A DNA stretch of 64,000 nucleotides from an uncultured Gemmatimonadales bacterium (GCA_963701965.1 OY969695.1:3808001-3872000); one strand, 5' to 3'. Positions 1 to 10,207 are shown, numbered from the stretch's first letter. Made by a program: numbers and translations. The notes: generated by a model from the letters alone, not told the origin.

Positions 1-2260
1 ACCATCTCGTCGACCGGATTGGTGACTGGTGTGACGACGGGAACCGTGACCATCTCGGCGTCGAGCGGCGGACGGACCGGCACCGCGCAGGTGACGGTGT
101 CGCCCGTACCGGTCGCGTCGGTCGTCGTCACACCCGGCTCGGCAAACCTGAGCCTCGGACAGACGCTCCAGTTGACGGGCACCGTCGAAGACGCGGGGGG
201 GAATCCGTTGGGCGGCCAGACCATCGCGTGGAGCAGCAGTAACAGCAGCGTGCTGACGGTCTCTTCGAGCGGTCTCGTGACCGCCGTCGCCACCGGCGAC
301 GCGACGGTGTCGGCGACCACGAGCGGTAAGACGGGCAGTGCGTCGATCACGGTGATTCCGCCACCGGTCAGCAAGGTGATCGTGGCGCCCGCGACGGACA
401 CCTTGTCCGCGGGCCAGACCGTGCAGCTCACGGCGACGCCGAAAGACGGGAATAACAATCCGCTGGCCGGAGAACCTCCCGGCACGTGGACCAGCTCGAA
501 TACCAATGTGGCGACGGTGTCGTCCAGCGGGTTGGTCACCGCCGTGGCCACCGGATCGGCGACGATCACGGTCGAGGTCAATGGCAAGTTCGCGAACGCG
601 ACCGTCGTAGTGGCACCCATCGCGGTCGCGCAGGTCCTGGTCGCTCCGGCGACCGTGTCCGTCACCGCGGGGCAGACCGCGCAGTTGACGGCGACCGCGA
701 AGGACGCGGGCGGCAACGTGCTTTCCGGCCGGGCTGCGACGTGGAGCAGCGCGAACACGGGCGTGGCGACCATCTCGACCTCCGGGCTCGTTACGGGAGT
801 CGGCGCCGGTTCCGCCACGGTCACGGTGACGATCGGCGGAAAGAGCGCCAACGCCGCGATTACCGTCACGGCAGCAGCGCCCGTGGTGGGGACGGTGACG
901 GTCACGCCGGCATCATCCAGCCTCGCGGCCGGTCAGACCGCGCAGTTGACGGCGACCGACAAGACGTCGGGCGGCACCGTGGTCACCGGTCAAAGCGTGA
1001 CGTGGTCGTCGTCGAATACTGGAGTGGCGACGGTCGGCTCGAGTGGGCTCGTCACCGCGGTGAGCGCGGGCGCCGCGACGATCACGGCGACGAGCGCCGG
1101 GAAAACGGGCACGGCATCGATGACGGTGACGGCGTCGGGAGGAACGGTAGCGACGGTGACGGTCACGCCGGCGTCGTCCAGCCTCACGACCGGCAATCAG
1201 AATGCAGTTGACCGCCACCGACAAGACGTCGGGCGGGACCGTGGTGACCGGTCAATCCGTGACGTGGTCGTCGTCGAATCTCGCGGTGGCGACCGTCGCC
1301 CCGAATGGGATCGTGACCGCGCTGATCGCGGGCGGTGCGACGATCACGGCGACCAGCGCCGGGCATTCGGGCACGGCATCGATCACGGTGAACGCCGGCG
1401 CGGGAACGGGTCCGTTCCACGAACCCGCGGGCATGAACACGCAGATCAACACCGGCAACATGGCGACCGCGCCGGCGATTAGTTATCCGGCGAACACGTG
1501 GACCGAGGGTGGAACGACCTTCACGAACTATTCGCCGACGACGATGTCGGGCACCGGCGAATTCTCGGGCAACCTTTCGGCCGTGCCCGGCGGCACCGGC
1601 CTCCGCGTGACGTACAACAACACGCTGGCGGGCGGCAATAGTCCGGTGCGATTCGGCGCCAACATCGCCAACCACGGCACCGGCTATCTCTACATTCGTT
1701 GGAAGTTCCGTCTCTCGCCGAACTGGACGTTGAGCACGGCCTCCGGCCTCAAGATCATGGAGCCGCGCACCGTCAACTCGACCGAGAACCATGTGTTGGG
1801 CGCGGGAGCCGATGGGCAAGCGACGGACGGCAGCAACATGTGGTTTGGCGCGCTGCTGCAGTTCCAAACGCCGAGCGGGACGACCGGCATCAACATTCCC
1901 GGAAACTCGTCAGGCCAAGCGCCGGTCCCGTCGCAGGTCTTCACGTCGACGGTGGCCAATGTCGGTGGTGCCGCGCGCGGGGCGTGGCACACCATGGAAG
2001 CGTATTACCAGCCGGAGTCGCCCGCGGGGGCGGGGAACGGTCAGCTCACGTTGTGGGTCGACGGGACGCAGGTCTTTCAAACGGGATCTGGGGTCGCGGG
2101 CTCGCCTCCGGGCGGCACGCACTTCTTCCTGAGCGGCGAGTCGATGGGTTGGAACTTCTTGATGTTCGATCCGACGTACGGCGGCGATGCATCCAGCGAC
2201 CATCCGCCGTCGGCAGGGATCTACTGGGATATCGACGACTTGTACGTCAGTACGAAGTAG
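1..2260 (+). CDS. Big_2 (bacterial Ig-like) repeat protein with C-terminal beta-sandwich polysaccharide lyase/lectin-like domain; 5' truncated by window; apparent +1 frameshift at ~1201
   Basis: Frame is open from base 1. At least five V..V.V.P...QL.AT...W.SSN..VATV...GLVT repeats. ORF 19..1482 turns to nonsense after 1200 while ORF 1202..2260 continues the same Ig repeat; removing one A from CAGAATG (1198-1204) joins them. Confidence 0.85.
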
Positions 2261-2331
2261 CCGCAGGTCGGGGCGGCCCGGGTGATGCGCCTTCCGCTGG
2301 CGTGCGCCCGGGTCGTCGCCCATTCTTCGAT

Positions 2332-2922
2332 GTGACTGCGACCCATTCCTTCGTTCGCGTCGCACGTGAGCCTGGCCGTGCGTGGTCTGTTGGCCTCGCG
2401 ATCCTGCGAGGATGGTGGTACAAGGTGAGCTATCCCGCGCGGGGGATTCGCTTTTCCGCGGGCCGCGGGTTTCGCGTGCAAGGCCGGCTGATCGTGCGGG
2501 GACCGGGTCGCGTCCGATTTGGGGACGATGTGCGCGTCGGGATGACGGTGACGCCGTGGACGCACACGGCGGATGCCCTGATCGACGTGGGCCACGAGAC
2601 GTTCCTCAACGGCACGCGATTTGGCTGCGCGCGATCCATCAGCATTGGGCGCCGGTGCATCCTCGCCGACGTCTCGATCCTCGACACGAACTTCCATAGT
2701 ACGCGCGCCGACCGCCACGATCCCGCTGCGCCCGTCAAGGTGGCCGCAGTCGCGCTGGACGACAACGTGTGGGTCGCGTCGGGTGCGGGTCTGCTACCCG
2801 GTACGCGTATCGGTCGCAACTCCGTCGTCGGATTTGGCGCCGTGGTCTCCGGCGATTTCCCCGCGGACGTCATCATCGCGGGAAATCCCGCGGTGGTGGT
2901 CGGCCCCATCCCTCAACTTTGA
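2332..2922 (+). CDS. Hexapeptide-repeat (LbH) sugar O-acetyltransferase
   Basis: C-terminal part of ORF 1699..2922: IGRRCIL..V.ILD..FH, V.L.DNVWV...A.LLPG..IG.NSVVG.GAVV....P...IIAGNPA. GTG start at 2332 is inferred. Confidence 0.85.
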   Translation: MTATHSFVRVAREPGRAWSVGLAILRGWWYKVSYPARGIRFSAGRGFRVQGRLIVRGPGRVRFGDDVRVGMTVTPWTHTADALIDVGHETFLNGTRFGCARSISIGRRCILADVSILDTNFHSTRADRHDPAAPVKVAAVALDDNVWVASGAGLLPGTRIGRNSVVGFGAVVSGDFPADVIIAGNPAVVVGPIPQL

Positions 2923-3092
2923 GTGATGGCATGAATGCGCGCTCACGGAATTAATGCGCGATAACATGGTCAAGAAATAGGTACAAAAAAATTCGCGAAA
3001 AAGTTCCGCGATGGTCTTGCATCACATTTGGTCTGGCGTCATTGTACGTGCACAATAGCAGTCGCGCAGGCTGAGCAGTTTGCTTGGGCCCC

Positions 3093-3190
3093 GCGACAAA
3101 GGCAAACTCGCGGAAACGCGGGGACGCAAAGCTCTGGAGGCTACCGTAGCCGATCTCTGATCGGTTGCCACGCCAGTCCGGCTACCGAAC
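3093..3190 (+). ncRNA. c-di-GMP-I (GEMM) riboswitch
   Basis: AAAGGCAAAC-TCGCG-GAAA-CGCGG-GGACGCAAAGC-T...GGCTACCGAA matches the class I consensus: GGCAAAC, GNRA-capped P2, GACGCAAAGC and 3' RCTACCG. It ends about 20 nt before the ATG at 3212. Confidence 0.9.
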
Positions 3191-3211
3191 GGACACCTCA
3201 AGAGGTCAGCC

Positions 3212-4519
3212 ATGCGTCCCGTGTTCGCCCGGGGCCGCGCGAGCGCGCGGCATCACATCAAGCACGTCCCTATCACGCTACTCTCCCTAGCCGTCGCCGC
3301 CGCGCTCAGTGCTTGTGGCGACTCCGCTACCGCTCCCGCCTCCGCGTCGTCGGGCACATTGGCGATGGAGTCCGTCGCCTTTACCGTCGCCGGCGTCACG
3401 TACCCGACGGTCACGGTGCAGGGCCTTTCGGGGAATCTCGCCGTTGGCGGCCACGCCACCCTGACGGCCGCGCTGGCGACGCCAACCGCGAAGTGGCTCG
3501 GGGCGCAAGTGACCTGGAAGAGCTCCAACACCGGCGTCGTGTCGATCCAGACGCAGAACTGGGGCTCGGCCAAGGGTGACAACGCAGTCCTCACCGGTGT
3601 GGCCAACGGAACGGCCATCATCACCGGAACGACCCAGAGTGGCACGAGCGGGAGCATCACCGTCACGGTTGGAAGCGCCGGTACGGCGCCGGTCAGCAGT
3701 GGCGGGTTCCACGAACCGTCGGGCATGCACACCCAGATCAACACCGGGGCCATGACCACGGCACCGGCCACGAGCTACCCGGCCGACACGTGGACCGAGG
3801 GCGGCACCACGTTCACGAACTACTCGCCGACGTCGATGTCCAGCACGGGCGAGTGGTCGAAGAACCTCTCGGCGGTTCCGGGGGGCGGCGTGCGCGTCAC
3901 GTACAACCCCTCGCTCGCCGGCGGCAATAGCCCGGTGCGATTCGGCGCGACAATTCCCAGCACGGGCTCCGGGTATCTCTACGTGCGCTGGAAGTTCCGC
4001 CTGTCATCGAACTGGACCCTCAGCAACGCTTCCGGTCTCAAGGTGATGGAGCCGCGCACCGTGAACTCCTCGGAGAATCACGTGCTGGGCGTGGGCGCCG
4101 ATGGCCAGTCGACGAATGGCAGCAACATGTGGATCGGTGCGCTCCTGCAATTCGCGACCTCGAGCGGGACATCCGGGATCAACGTGCCCGGGAACTCCTC
4201 GGGACAGTCGCCGGTGCCGTCGCAGGTCTTCTCGTCGACCGTCGCCAATGTCGGTGGCGCGGCGCGCGGATCGTGGCACACGATGGAGGCGTCCTTCCAG
4301 CCTGAGTCCTCGGCGGGAACGAAGAACGCTGTCATCACGTTCTGGGTCGACGGCGTCCAAGTCAACCAGTCGGGCGGTCTGCACTTGTTCCTGAGCGGCG
4401 AGCGCATGGGGTGGAACTTCCTCATGTTCGACCCGACGTACGGTGGTGATGCCTCCAGCGATCACCCGCCCGCTTCGATCTACTGGGATATCGACCAGCT
4501 GTACGTCAGCACGAAGTAA
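3212..4519 (+). CDS. Lipoprotein with one Big_2 domain and a C-terminal domain paralogous to that of the 1..2260 protein
   Basis: AGAGG RBS; hydrophobic stretch ending in lipobox LSAC; WKSSNTGVVSI Ig motif; FHEP.GM.TQINTG...WDID.LYVSTK is shared with the upstream gene. Confidence 0.85.
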   Translation: MRPVFARGRASARHHIKHVPITLLSLAVAAALSACGDSATAPASASSGTLAMESVAFTVAGVTYPTVTVQGLSGNLAVGGHATLTAALATPTAKWLGAQVTWKSSNTGVVSIQTQNWGSAKGDNAVLTGVANGTAIITGTTQSGTSGSITVTVGSAGTAPVSSGGFHEPSGMHTQINTGAMTTAPATSYPADTWTEGGTTFTNYSPTSMSSTGEWSKNLSAVPGGGVRVTYNPSLAGGNSPVRFGATIPSTGSGYLYVRWKFRLSSNWTLSNASGLKVMEPRTVNSSENHVLGVGADGQSTNGSNMWIGALLQFATSSGTSGINVPGNSSGQSPVPSQVFSSTVANVGGAARGSWHTMEASFQPESSAGTKNAVITFWVDGVQVNQSGGLHLFLSGERMGWNFLMFDPTYGGDASSDHPPASIYWDIDQLYVSTK

Positions 4520-4540
4520 GATCTGGCACCTGCGCCGGCG

Positions 4541-4578
4541 TTGACACGGCGGAGCCTACGTTCGTAGGCTTCGCCGTG
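4541..4578 (+). promoter_or_regulatory. Long inverted repeat overlapping a putative sigma70 promoter and the GTG start
   Basis: CACGGCGGAGCCTACG (4545-4560) / CGTAGGCTTCGCCGTG (4563-4578), one G-T mismatch. TTGACA at 4541 and TAGGCT at 4565. Confidence 0.55.
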
Positions 4579-5799
4579 ATCACCCGGCCGCTCCTGGTTC
4601 TCTCGCATTGGCTGCCATTCCCGCCGCACAACGGCGCCGCGCTGCGCTCGTTCAACATGCTGCGGTTGCTGTCCCGGGATTTCGAGATCACGGGCCTCTG
4701 CTTCGATCGCCACGATAGCGCGACGGCCCACCTGGGAGTGGAGCGCCGTCTGGAAGGGCTCCGTCCCCTCGGGCATTTCGAGGCCTTTCCCATCCCCCAG
4801 CAAGAGACTCGGGCGCGCATGGTCTGGGACCATGCGCGCAGTGTCGTCACCGGCCACCCGTATACCTGGTACGCGCACGAGTCGGCGCCGTTCCTCCGCC
4901 GGCTGCGCACGCTCCTCCGCGAGCGGCGATTCGACGTGGTCCACGTGGACAGCCTCGATCTCGTGCGCCTGCTGCCGCTCCTACAAGACCATCACGTCGT
5001 GTGTACGCATCACAACGTGGAGTCCTCCCTGTTGCGCCGCCGGGCAGTCGCCGAGCCCGCCGCTGCGGGCGCCTACTTGCGACTTCAGGCGCATCGATTG
5101 GAGCGCGCCGAGCGGCACTGGCTACCACGCGTAGCCTTGAACGTCGCGGTGTCGCCGGACGACGAGGCCGCCCTGCGCGCGCTCTCCCCGGGGGCCCGTG
5201 TGGCGACCGTGCCCAATGGCGTCGACGTCGCGTACTTCGCGCCGATCGAGGGACCGCAAGCGGGGTGTGTATTTGTCGGGGGCACCAGCTGGCATCCGAA
5301 TCGCGATGCCCTTCGATGGTTCGCCGGCGATATCGTCCCCCGGCTGCGGGAGCGCGGCGTGCCGGTCGACGTCACGTGGGTCGGTCGGGCGACCGACGCC
5401 GAACGCCGCGAGTTCGCGGGGGTCCCTGGGCTCCGCTTGACCGGTTACGTCGACGATGTGCGTCCCTACATCGCGCGCGCCGCGTGCTACATCGCGCCGC
5501 TGCGCGTGGGCGGAGGCACGCGCCTCAAGCTGCTCGACGCCTGGGCCATGGGCAAAGCCATCGTGTCGACATCGATCGGCGCCGAGGGGTTGGGCGCTCG
5601 CGATGGCGAGGACATGTTCATCGCCGACGACGCCGGTGCCTTTGCCTCACGCATCGCCACGCTGCTGCGCGACGAGGCGCTGCGCCACCGGATGGCCCGG
5701 GAGGCGCGGCGGGTCGCCGAGACGCGATTCAGCTGGGATGTCATCGGCGACACGGTGCGCCGTCTCTATCAGGACGTCGCCGAGGGGAGCGCGGGATAG
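4576..5799 (+). CDS. GT4 glycosyltransferase (resembles PEP-CTERM/EPS-locus sugar transferases)
   Basis: P.PP..G..LR.FN N-terminus, HNVES, VPNGVD..YF, APLRVGGGTRLKLLDAWAMGK. Confidence 0.9.
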   Translation: MITRPLLVLSHWLPFPPHNGAALRSFNMLRLLSRDFEITGLCFDRHDSATAHLGVERRLEGLRPLGHFEAFPIPQQETRARMVWDHARSVVTGHPYTWYAHESAPFLRRLRTLLRERRFDVVHVDSLDLVRLLPLLQDHHVVCTHHNVESSLLRRRAVAEPAAAGAYLRLQAHRLERAERHWLPRVALNVAVSPDDEAALRALSPGARVATVPNGVDVAYFAPIEGPQAGCVFVGGTSWHPNRDALRWFAGDIVPRLRERGVPVDVTWVGRATDAERREFAGVPGLRLTGYVDDVRPYIARAACYIAPLRVGGGTRLKLLDAWAMGKAIVSTSIGAEGLGARDGEDMFIADDAGAFASRIATLLRDEALRHRMAREARRVAETRFSWDVIGDTVRRLYQDVAEGSAG

Positions 5800-6719
5800 T
5801 CTCGCGGTGCAGCGCGGGGAAGCGCCAACCGGAGCATCAGCTTCCACCGCCGCAGTCCCTTGCCCATGGAAAAGCGCGGCAGCGGTGCCTCCCGCGCGAC
5901 GCCGCGCAGCGAGCGATTCATGAGCGTCAGGGATGTCATCATTCCGGCCTGGCGCGCCACTGGCGCGGTGCGCGCGTCGTACAGGCCGAAGGGGATCGCC
6001 AATACGGCGACGGCTTTGGGGATGCGCTCCCGGATCGTGCGGTACGCGTCGCGCACTTCGGCGACCGCCGCGTCATCGTCCAAGAGGGGCAGCACGGGGT
6101 GCGTGACGGTATGGACGCCGACGTCGATGAGCTCCGGGTTGGCGAATGCGACGACTTCCTCCCAGGTCATCGCCCGATGCGGCGTGACGAACTGGTGCTC
6201 CTGTTCCAAGGCCGCGAGCGGGCCTTCGAGCGCCGCTGGCCAGCGCCCTTGGTGCGTCGCCAGCACCCACTGCCGGAGCGGCCGGAGCGGACCGAGGTCC
6301 GCCGGCTGTCCCGCGCGGAACGCCGGCGTGATCCCGATCTCTTGTTCGAACGCTCGCCACCGTTCGCGCGAAACGCGCGGAAAGAGGTCATCCGTGCGGT
6401 CCCACCAGAATCGGGCGCCGCTCTGCGTCGCCGTGGTCGTGACGAAGATGGTGACCGGCACCTGCGCGCGGCGCACGTCGGCATCGATGAGCAGGGGCAG
6501 CGCCGCGTACGCGTCGTCGAACGTCACGGCGGCCAGGCCGCCCGTGGGTCGCCCCGCGTTGTGCCGCTCGACGAGCACGCGCAGGGGGACGATTTCGGCC
6601 ATCGAGCGCACCAGTTCGATGGCGGCGAGCAGCTCCGACCGCGGCACGTTCATCCCGCTGGCTGACGGAAGCGTGTCCGAGGTCACACTGTGGTAGCACA
6701 GAATGGCGGCGGGCGGCAT
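5769..6719 (-). CDS. Polysaccharide deacetylase (CE4/NodB fold)
   Basis: ILCYHSV, AVTFDDAY, FWWD, GVHTVTHP, AIPFG, LPRF motifs. Confidence 0.9.
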   Translation of the reverse strand: MPPAAILCYHSVTSDTLPSASGMNVPRSELLAAIELVRSMAEIVPLRVLVERHNAGRPTGGLAAVTFDDAYAALPLLIDADVRRAQVPVTIFVTTTATQSGARFWWDRTDDLFPRVSRERWRAFEQEIGITPAFRAGQPADLGPLRPLRQWVLATHQGRWPAALEGPLAALEQEHQFVTPHRAMTWEEVVAFANPELIDVGVHTVTHPVLPLLDDDAAVAEVRDAYRTIRERIPKAVAVLAIPFGLYDARTAPVARQAGMMTSLTLMNRSLRGVAREAPLPRFSMGKGLRRWKLMLRLALPRAAPRDYPALPSATS

Positions 6720-6740
6720 AGTCGTGGGAAGCTACACGAC

Positions 6741-6853
6741 TGTTGCGTCTTTGCAACAGCAAACGATAGCGCGCGCCGGCCAACGCTCTATATTGCTAAG
6801 CCATAAGGGTTTGGCCATCCGGTGCAAGCGCGGCTCCGGGCAGCGTCCTTGCA
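6741..6853 (+). promoter_or_regulatory. Putative sigma54 promoter (6838-6853) with upstream palindromic enhancer (6741-6758)
   Basis: GGGCAG-cgtcc-TTGCA fits GG-N10-GC; palindrome TGTTGC-gtcttt-GCAACA lies about 80 bp upstream. Confidence 0.6.
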
Positions 6854-6866
6854 AGAGAATCGATCC

Positions 6867-8273
6867 ATGGCGGAGCAAAAGCTCGTTGCGGCACGCGATC
6901 CGTTCCGGATCGCCTTGTTTATGCTCACGGTGCTCACCGTGAGTCGGATTCATGAACAATACAAATGGATGTCGGTGCTCCGGCCGGCACTCGTCGCGAC
7001 GGCGCTCGCCGCGATCTATGCGTACATGCGTCCGGATGTCGTCTCCAGTCGACCGTTGCTCAAGACGTGGCCGGCGAAGGTCATCGCGGGGTTCGCGCTC
7101 TGGGCCGTCTTGAGCGGGTTCTTCGGCATCTCGTTGGGGAGTACCGCCTCGTTCATCCTCAACGTCTACGTCAAGACGCTGGTCTTCGCCTATCTGCTCA
7201 TCGCGGCGATCCGATCCACCGAAGACCTCAAGACATTTATCTGGGCGTACGTGATCGCCACAGGCTTGCTGTGCTACACGACGTTGTTCGTGTTTTCGTT
7301 GCATCACTATGGCTCGGGCGCGGGGTACGATCGCCTGGCCAACGCCGACACGTACGACGCGAACGACCTGGGGCTCGTGCTCGACGTCGGGCTCGCGCTC
7401 ACGTTGTTGGCGTTCACCACGTCGGGCATCAAGGGCAAGCTGTTCTGCGTCGTGGTGCTGTGCCTCACGGGCGCGGGGATCGCCAAGACGGGCTCGCGCG
7501 GCGCGTTCGTCGGCTTGCTGGCCCTCGGGGCCGGCCTGCTCCTCCTCCTCGATCGCGTGCCGATTTACCAACGCGTGCTGTTCATCATCGTGACGATCGC
7601 CGGCATCTCGATGTTCGCGCCGCCGGGATACTGGCAGCAAATGCAGACCATCCAGGATCCCAAGGCGGACTACAACTGGAGCTCGGTCAACGGTCGCCGG
7701 CAGGTCGCGATCCGCGGCATGGGCTACATGATGAGCTATCCGGTGTTCGGCGTGGGTCTGCACAATTTTCCCAAGGCCGAATGTACGATCTCGGAGAAAG
7801 CGCAGAACTACCAGGTCGGGACCGGTATTCGGTGTACGCCGCCGCACAACGCGTACATTGAGGCCGGCGCCGAGTTGGGGCTGCCGGGCATGGCGTTGTG
7901 GTTGTTCATCATTCCGGGCGGCGTCATCCACCTCGTGTTGCTGCGGGCGCGGCTGCCGCGGGCCTGGGCGCGCGGCGACCCGGAGCAACGATTCTTGTAC
8001 TGCGCGGTGGTGTACTTCGCGGTCGCGCTCATGGGATACACCTTCGGGTCGTTTTTCCTCTCGTTCGCGTGGACCGACATCAGCTACTACCTGATGGCGA
8101 TGCTCGCCGGGGTCTGGATCTGCGTCGAGGACCGCCTGGCGCGGGAGCGCGCCGGCGCGCGCAGTGGGCCGGCCGCGGGCGTTGCCGCCGTGCCCACGGG
8201 TCGCCGGCCCGGGTGGCGGGCCGCCGCATTGGAGGCAGCCGTCGCGCGGCAGCGGCTCATGGGTGGCCGCTGA
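6867..8273 (+). CDS. O-antigen ligase/Wzy-like polymerase family membrane protein
   Basis: Many TM segments, D.NDL, TGSRGAF, R...W-like segment then P.FGVG..NF, HN.YI....ELG. ATG at 6867 chosen. Confidence 0.85.
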   Translation: MAEQKLVAARDPFRIALFMLTVLTVSRIHEQYKWMSVLRPALVATALAAIYAYMRPDVVSSRPLLKTWPAKVIAGFALWAVLSGFFGISLGSTASFILNVYVKTLVFAYLLIAAIRSTEDLKTFIWAYVIATGLLCYTTLFVFSLHHYGSGAGYDRLANADTYDANDLGLVLDVGLALTLLAFTTSGIKGKLFCVVVLCLTGAGIAKTGSRGAFVGLLALGAGLLLLLDRVPIYQRVLFIIVTIAGISMFAPPGYWQQMQTIQDPKADYNWSSVNGRRQVAIRGMGYMMSYPVFGVGLHNFPKAECTISEKAQNYQVGTGIRCTPPHNAYIEAGAELGLPGMALWLFIIPGGVIHLVLLRARLPRAWARGDPEQRFLYCAVVYFAVALMGYTFGSFFLSFAWTDISYYLMAMLAGVWICVEDRLARERAGARSGPAAGVAAVPTGRRPGWRAAALEAAVARQRLMGGR

Positions 8274-9457
8274 CCGCCGTTCTGGTGACGGACGGGGAAC
8301 AGCGCGGCACGCTCGCCGTCGTCCGATCCCTGGGCGCCGCGGGGTACCGTGTGCACGTCGCCGCCCGGCGCCCGCGGTCCCTCGCCGGCGCCTCGCGCGC
8401 GGCCCGCGCGCGGCTCGTGACGCCGGACGCGCTCCTCGACCCGTCGGGGTTTGTCGAGAGCGTTGCGGCGTACGTCGCGGCGCATGATATCGCGGTGGTG
8501 ATCCCCATGACCGAGGCGGCGGCGCTGGCTGTGCTCGGGGCGCGCGACCGGCTCCGACCCGCGGTCGTCCCGATGGGGGATCTGCAGACGTTCCTGGCGG
8601 CGTCCGACAAGGCGGCCCTCGCGGTGCAGGCGGCGCAGACGGGGATCGCGTTCCCGGCGCAGCGCGAGGCACGGGACGCGGGCGAGGCGCTGCGGTTGGC
8701 GGGTGATCTGGCGTATCCGATCGTCGTGAAGCCCAGCCGGACGGTCGGCGAGGCCAACGGCCGCCGCACCAAGATGGGGGTGACGCATGCCGCGCATGCC
8801 GCCGAGCTCGAGGCGCGCATTCGCGCGCTCCCGGAAGCGGCCTACCCGGTACTCCTGCAGCAGCGCGTGGTGGGCCCCGGCATTGGCGTGTTTCTCTTGA
8901 TGTGGGATGGCGAGCGCGTCGCCACCTTCACCCATCGGCGCTTGCGCGAGAAGCCGCCGAGCGGTGGGGTCAGTGTCTACGCCGAGAGCACCGCGCCCGA
9001 TGCCGCGTTGGTCGATCGAGCGACGCGGCTCCTGCGGGCGCTCCGGTGGCAAGGCGTGGCCATGGTCGAGCTCAAGGTCGACGCGCGGACCGGCACGCCG
9101 TATCTGATGGAGATCAACGGGCGATTCTGGGGTTCGCTGCAACTGGCGATCGATGCCGGTGTGGACTTTCCCGCCCTGCTCGTCGGGCGCGCGCTCGGCG
9201 GCGGGGCGTGCGGACCCGAGCGCTGGCCCGCGGGTGTCCGCGGACGTTGGTGGTGGGGCGAGGTCGACCATCTGCTCGCCCGGCTCCGGCGTTCCGCCAC
9301 CGACCTGTCGTTGCCGCCCGACGCGCCGGGACGCGGACGGGCCATCGGCGATTTTCTCGCGGCTTGTGTTCGTCCGGCGCGTGACCAGGTTTTTCGATTC
9401 ACGGATCCCATGCCCTTTCTGTTCGAGAGCGCCCGATGGCTGACGCGATCGGCGTAA
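8270..9457 (+). CDS. ATP-grasp domain protein
   Basis: VLVTDG..R.TLAVVRSLG, YPIVVKP, LLQQRV.G.G, AMVELK, YLMEINGRFWGS. CTG start overlapping the upstream TGA is inferred. Confidence 0.85.
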   Translation: MTAVLVTDGEQRGTLAVVRSLGAAGYRVHVAARRPRSLAGASRAARARLVTPDALLDPSGFVESVAAYVAAHDIAVVIPMTEAAALAVLGARDRLRPAVVPMGDLQTFLAASDKAALAVQAAQTGIAFPAQREARDAGEALRLAGDLAYPIVVKPSRTVGEANGRRTKMGVTHAAHAAELEARIRALPEAAYPVLLQQRVVGPGIGVFLLMWDGERVATFTHRRLREKPPSGGVSVYAESTAPDAALVDRATRLLRALRWQGVAMVELKVDARTGTPYLMEINGRFWGSLQLAIDAGVDFPALLVGRALGGGACGPERWPAGVRGRWWWGEVDHLLARLRRSATDLSLPPDAPGRGRAIGDFLAACVRPARDQVFRFTDPMPFLFESARWLTRSA

Positions 9458-10207
9458 TCCACGTGCACAGCGCCTACTCGCACGACGGGCGCGACGCGTT
9501 GCCGGCCCTGCGCGCGTTCGCGCTGGCGCGCGGCCTCAAGTTCGTGGGCCTGACCGACCACGCGGAAGATTTCGACGCAGCGCGGTATGCCGCGATGCGG
9601 GCGGAGTGCGCCGCCCTTTCCGACGCCCAAGTGACGTTGATTCCCGGCCTCGAGTTCCGGTTTGCCGGTCACACGGGCCTGCATCTCCTGGCGCTCGGAC
9701 TGACCCGCTGGATCGCGCCCACCACCCCGATCGAGTTCATCGCGCTGGCCAAGGGCGTCGCCGGACTGACCATCGCGGCCCATCCCGCCTTGTTCAAGTA
9801 TCGGGCGCCGGCCAATGTGTGGCGTGGGATCGATGCGGTGGAGATCTGGAACGCCAAATACAATACCCGCTATCTCCCCGACCCGCGGGCGATCCGCCTG
9901 TTGCACGAAGTGCGTCGGACGCGTCCGGAAGTGGTGGGCACCGTGGGACTGGACCAACACGATGCGGCCAACGACCGCCGGACCCGTGTCGTCGTCGACG
10001 ACGCGGCCCGCGATCCGTTGGCGGAAATCCGCGCCGGACGTTTTCGGAATCGCGGCATGGGCGTCACCTTTGGGCCGGCGCTCGACTGGCCACCAGGCGG
10101 TCTTCCGGTGCTCGAGGCCACGCGCTTCTTCTTCGATCGCGTCGAGCGGGCGCAAGAGCGCTGGGCCAAGCGCGCGGCTGTCAAGAAACGCGCGGCGACA
10201 CCATCAG
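9436..10207 (+). CDS. PHP-family metallophosphoesterase; no stop codon at the expected end (frame runs on to 12369)
   Basis: HVHS.YSHDG, LTDH, PGLE, H, AHP, VEIWN, DQH motifs. Protein-like sequence ends at about 10200. Confidence 0.75.

Noticed and set aside
1198..1204. Programmed ribosomal frameshift or true pseudogenes at the three broken genes
   Set aside because: No slippery heptamer, and the same motif occurs antisense in glcF, so a DNA-level artefact is more parsimonious.
883..1400. Near-identical ~260-bp tandem repeats
   Set aside because: They encode consecutive Big_2 domains; not CRISPR or a mobile element.
3093..3190. c-AMP-GMP (GEMM-Ib) variant riboswitch
   Set aside because: The discriminating position is G, as in c-di-GMP binders.
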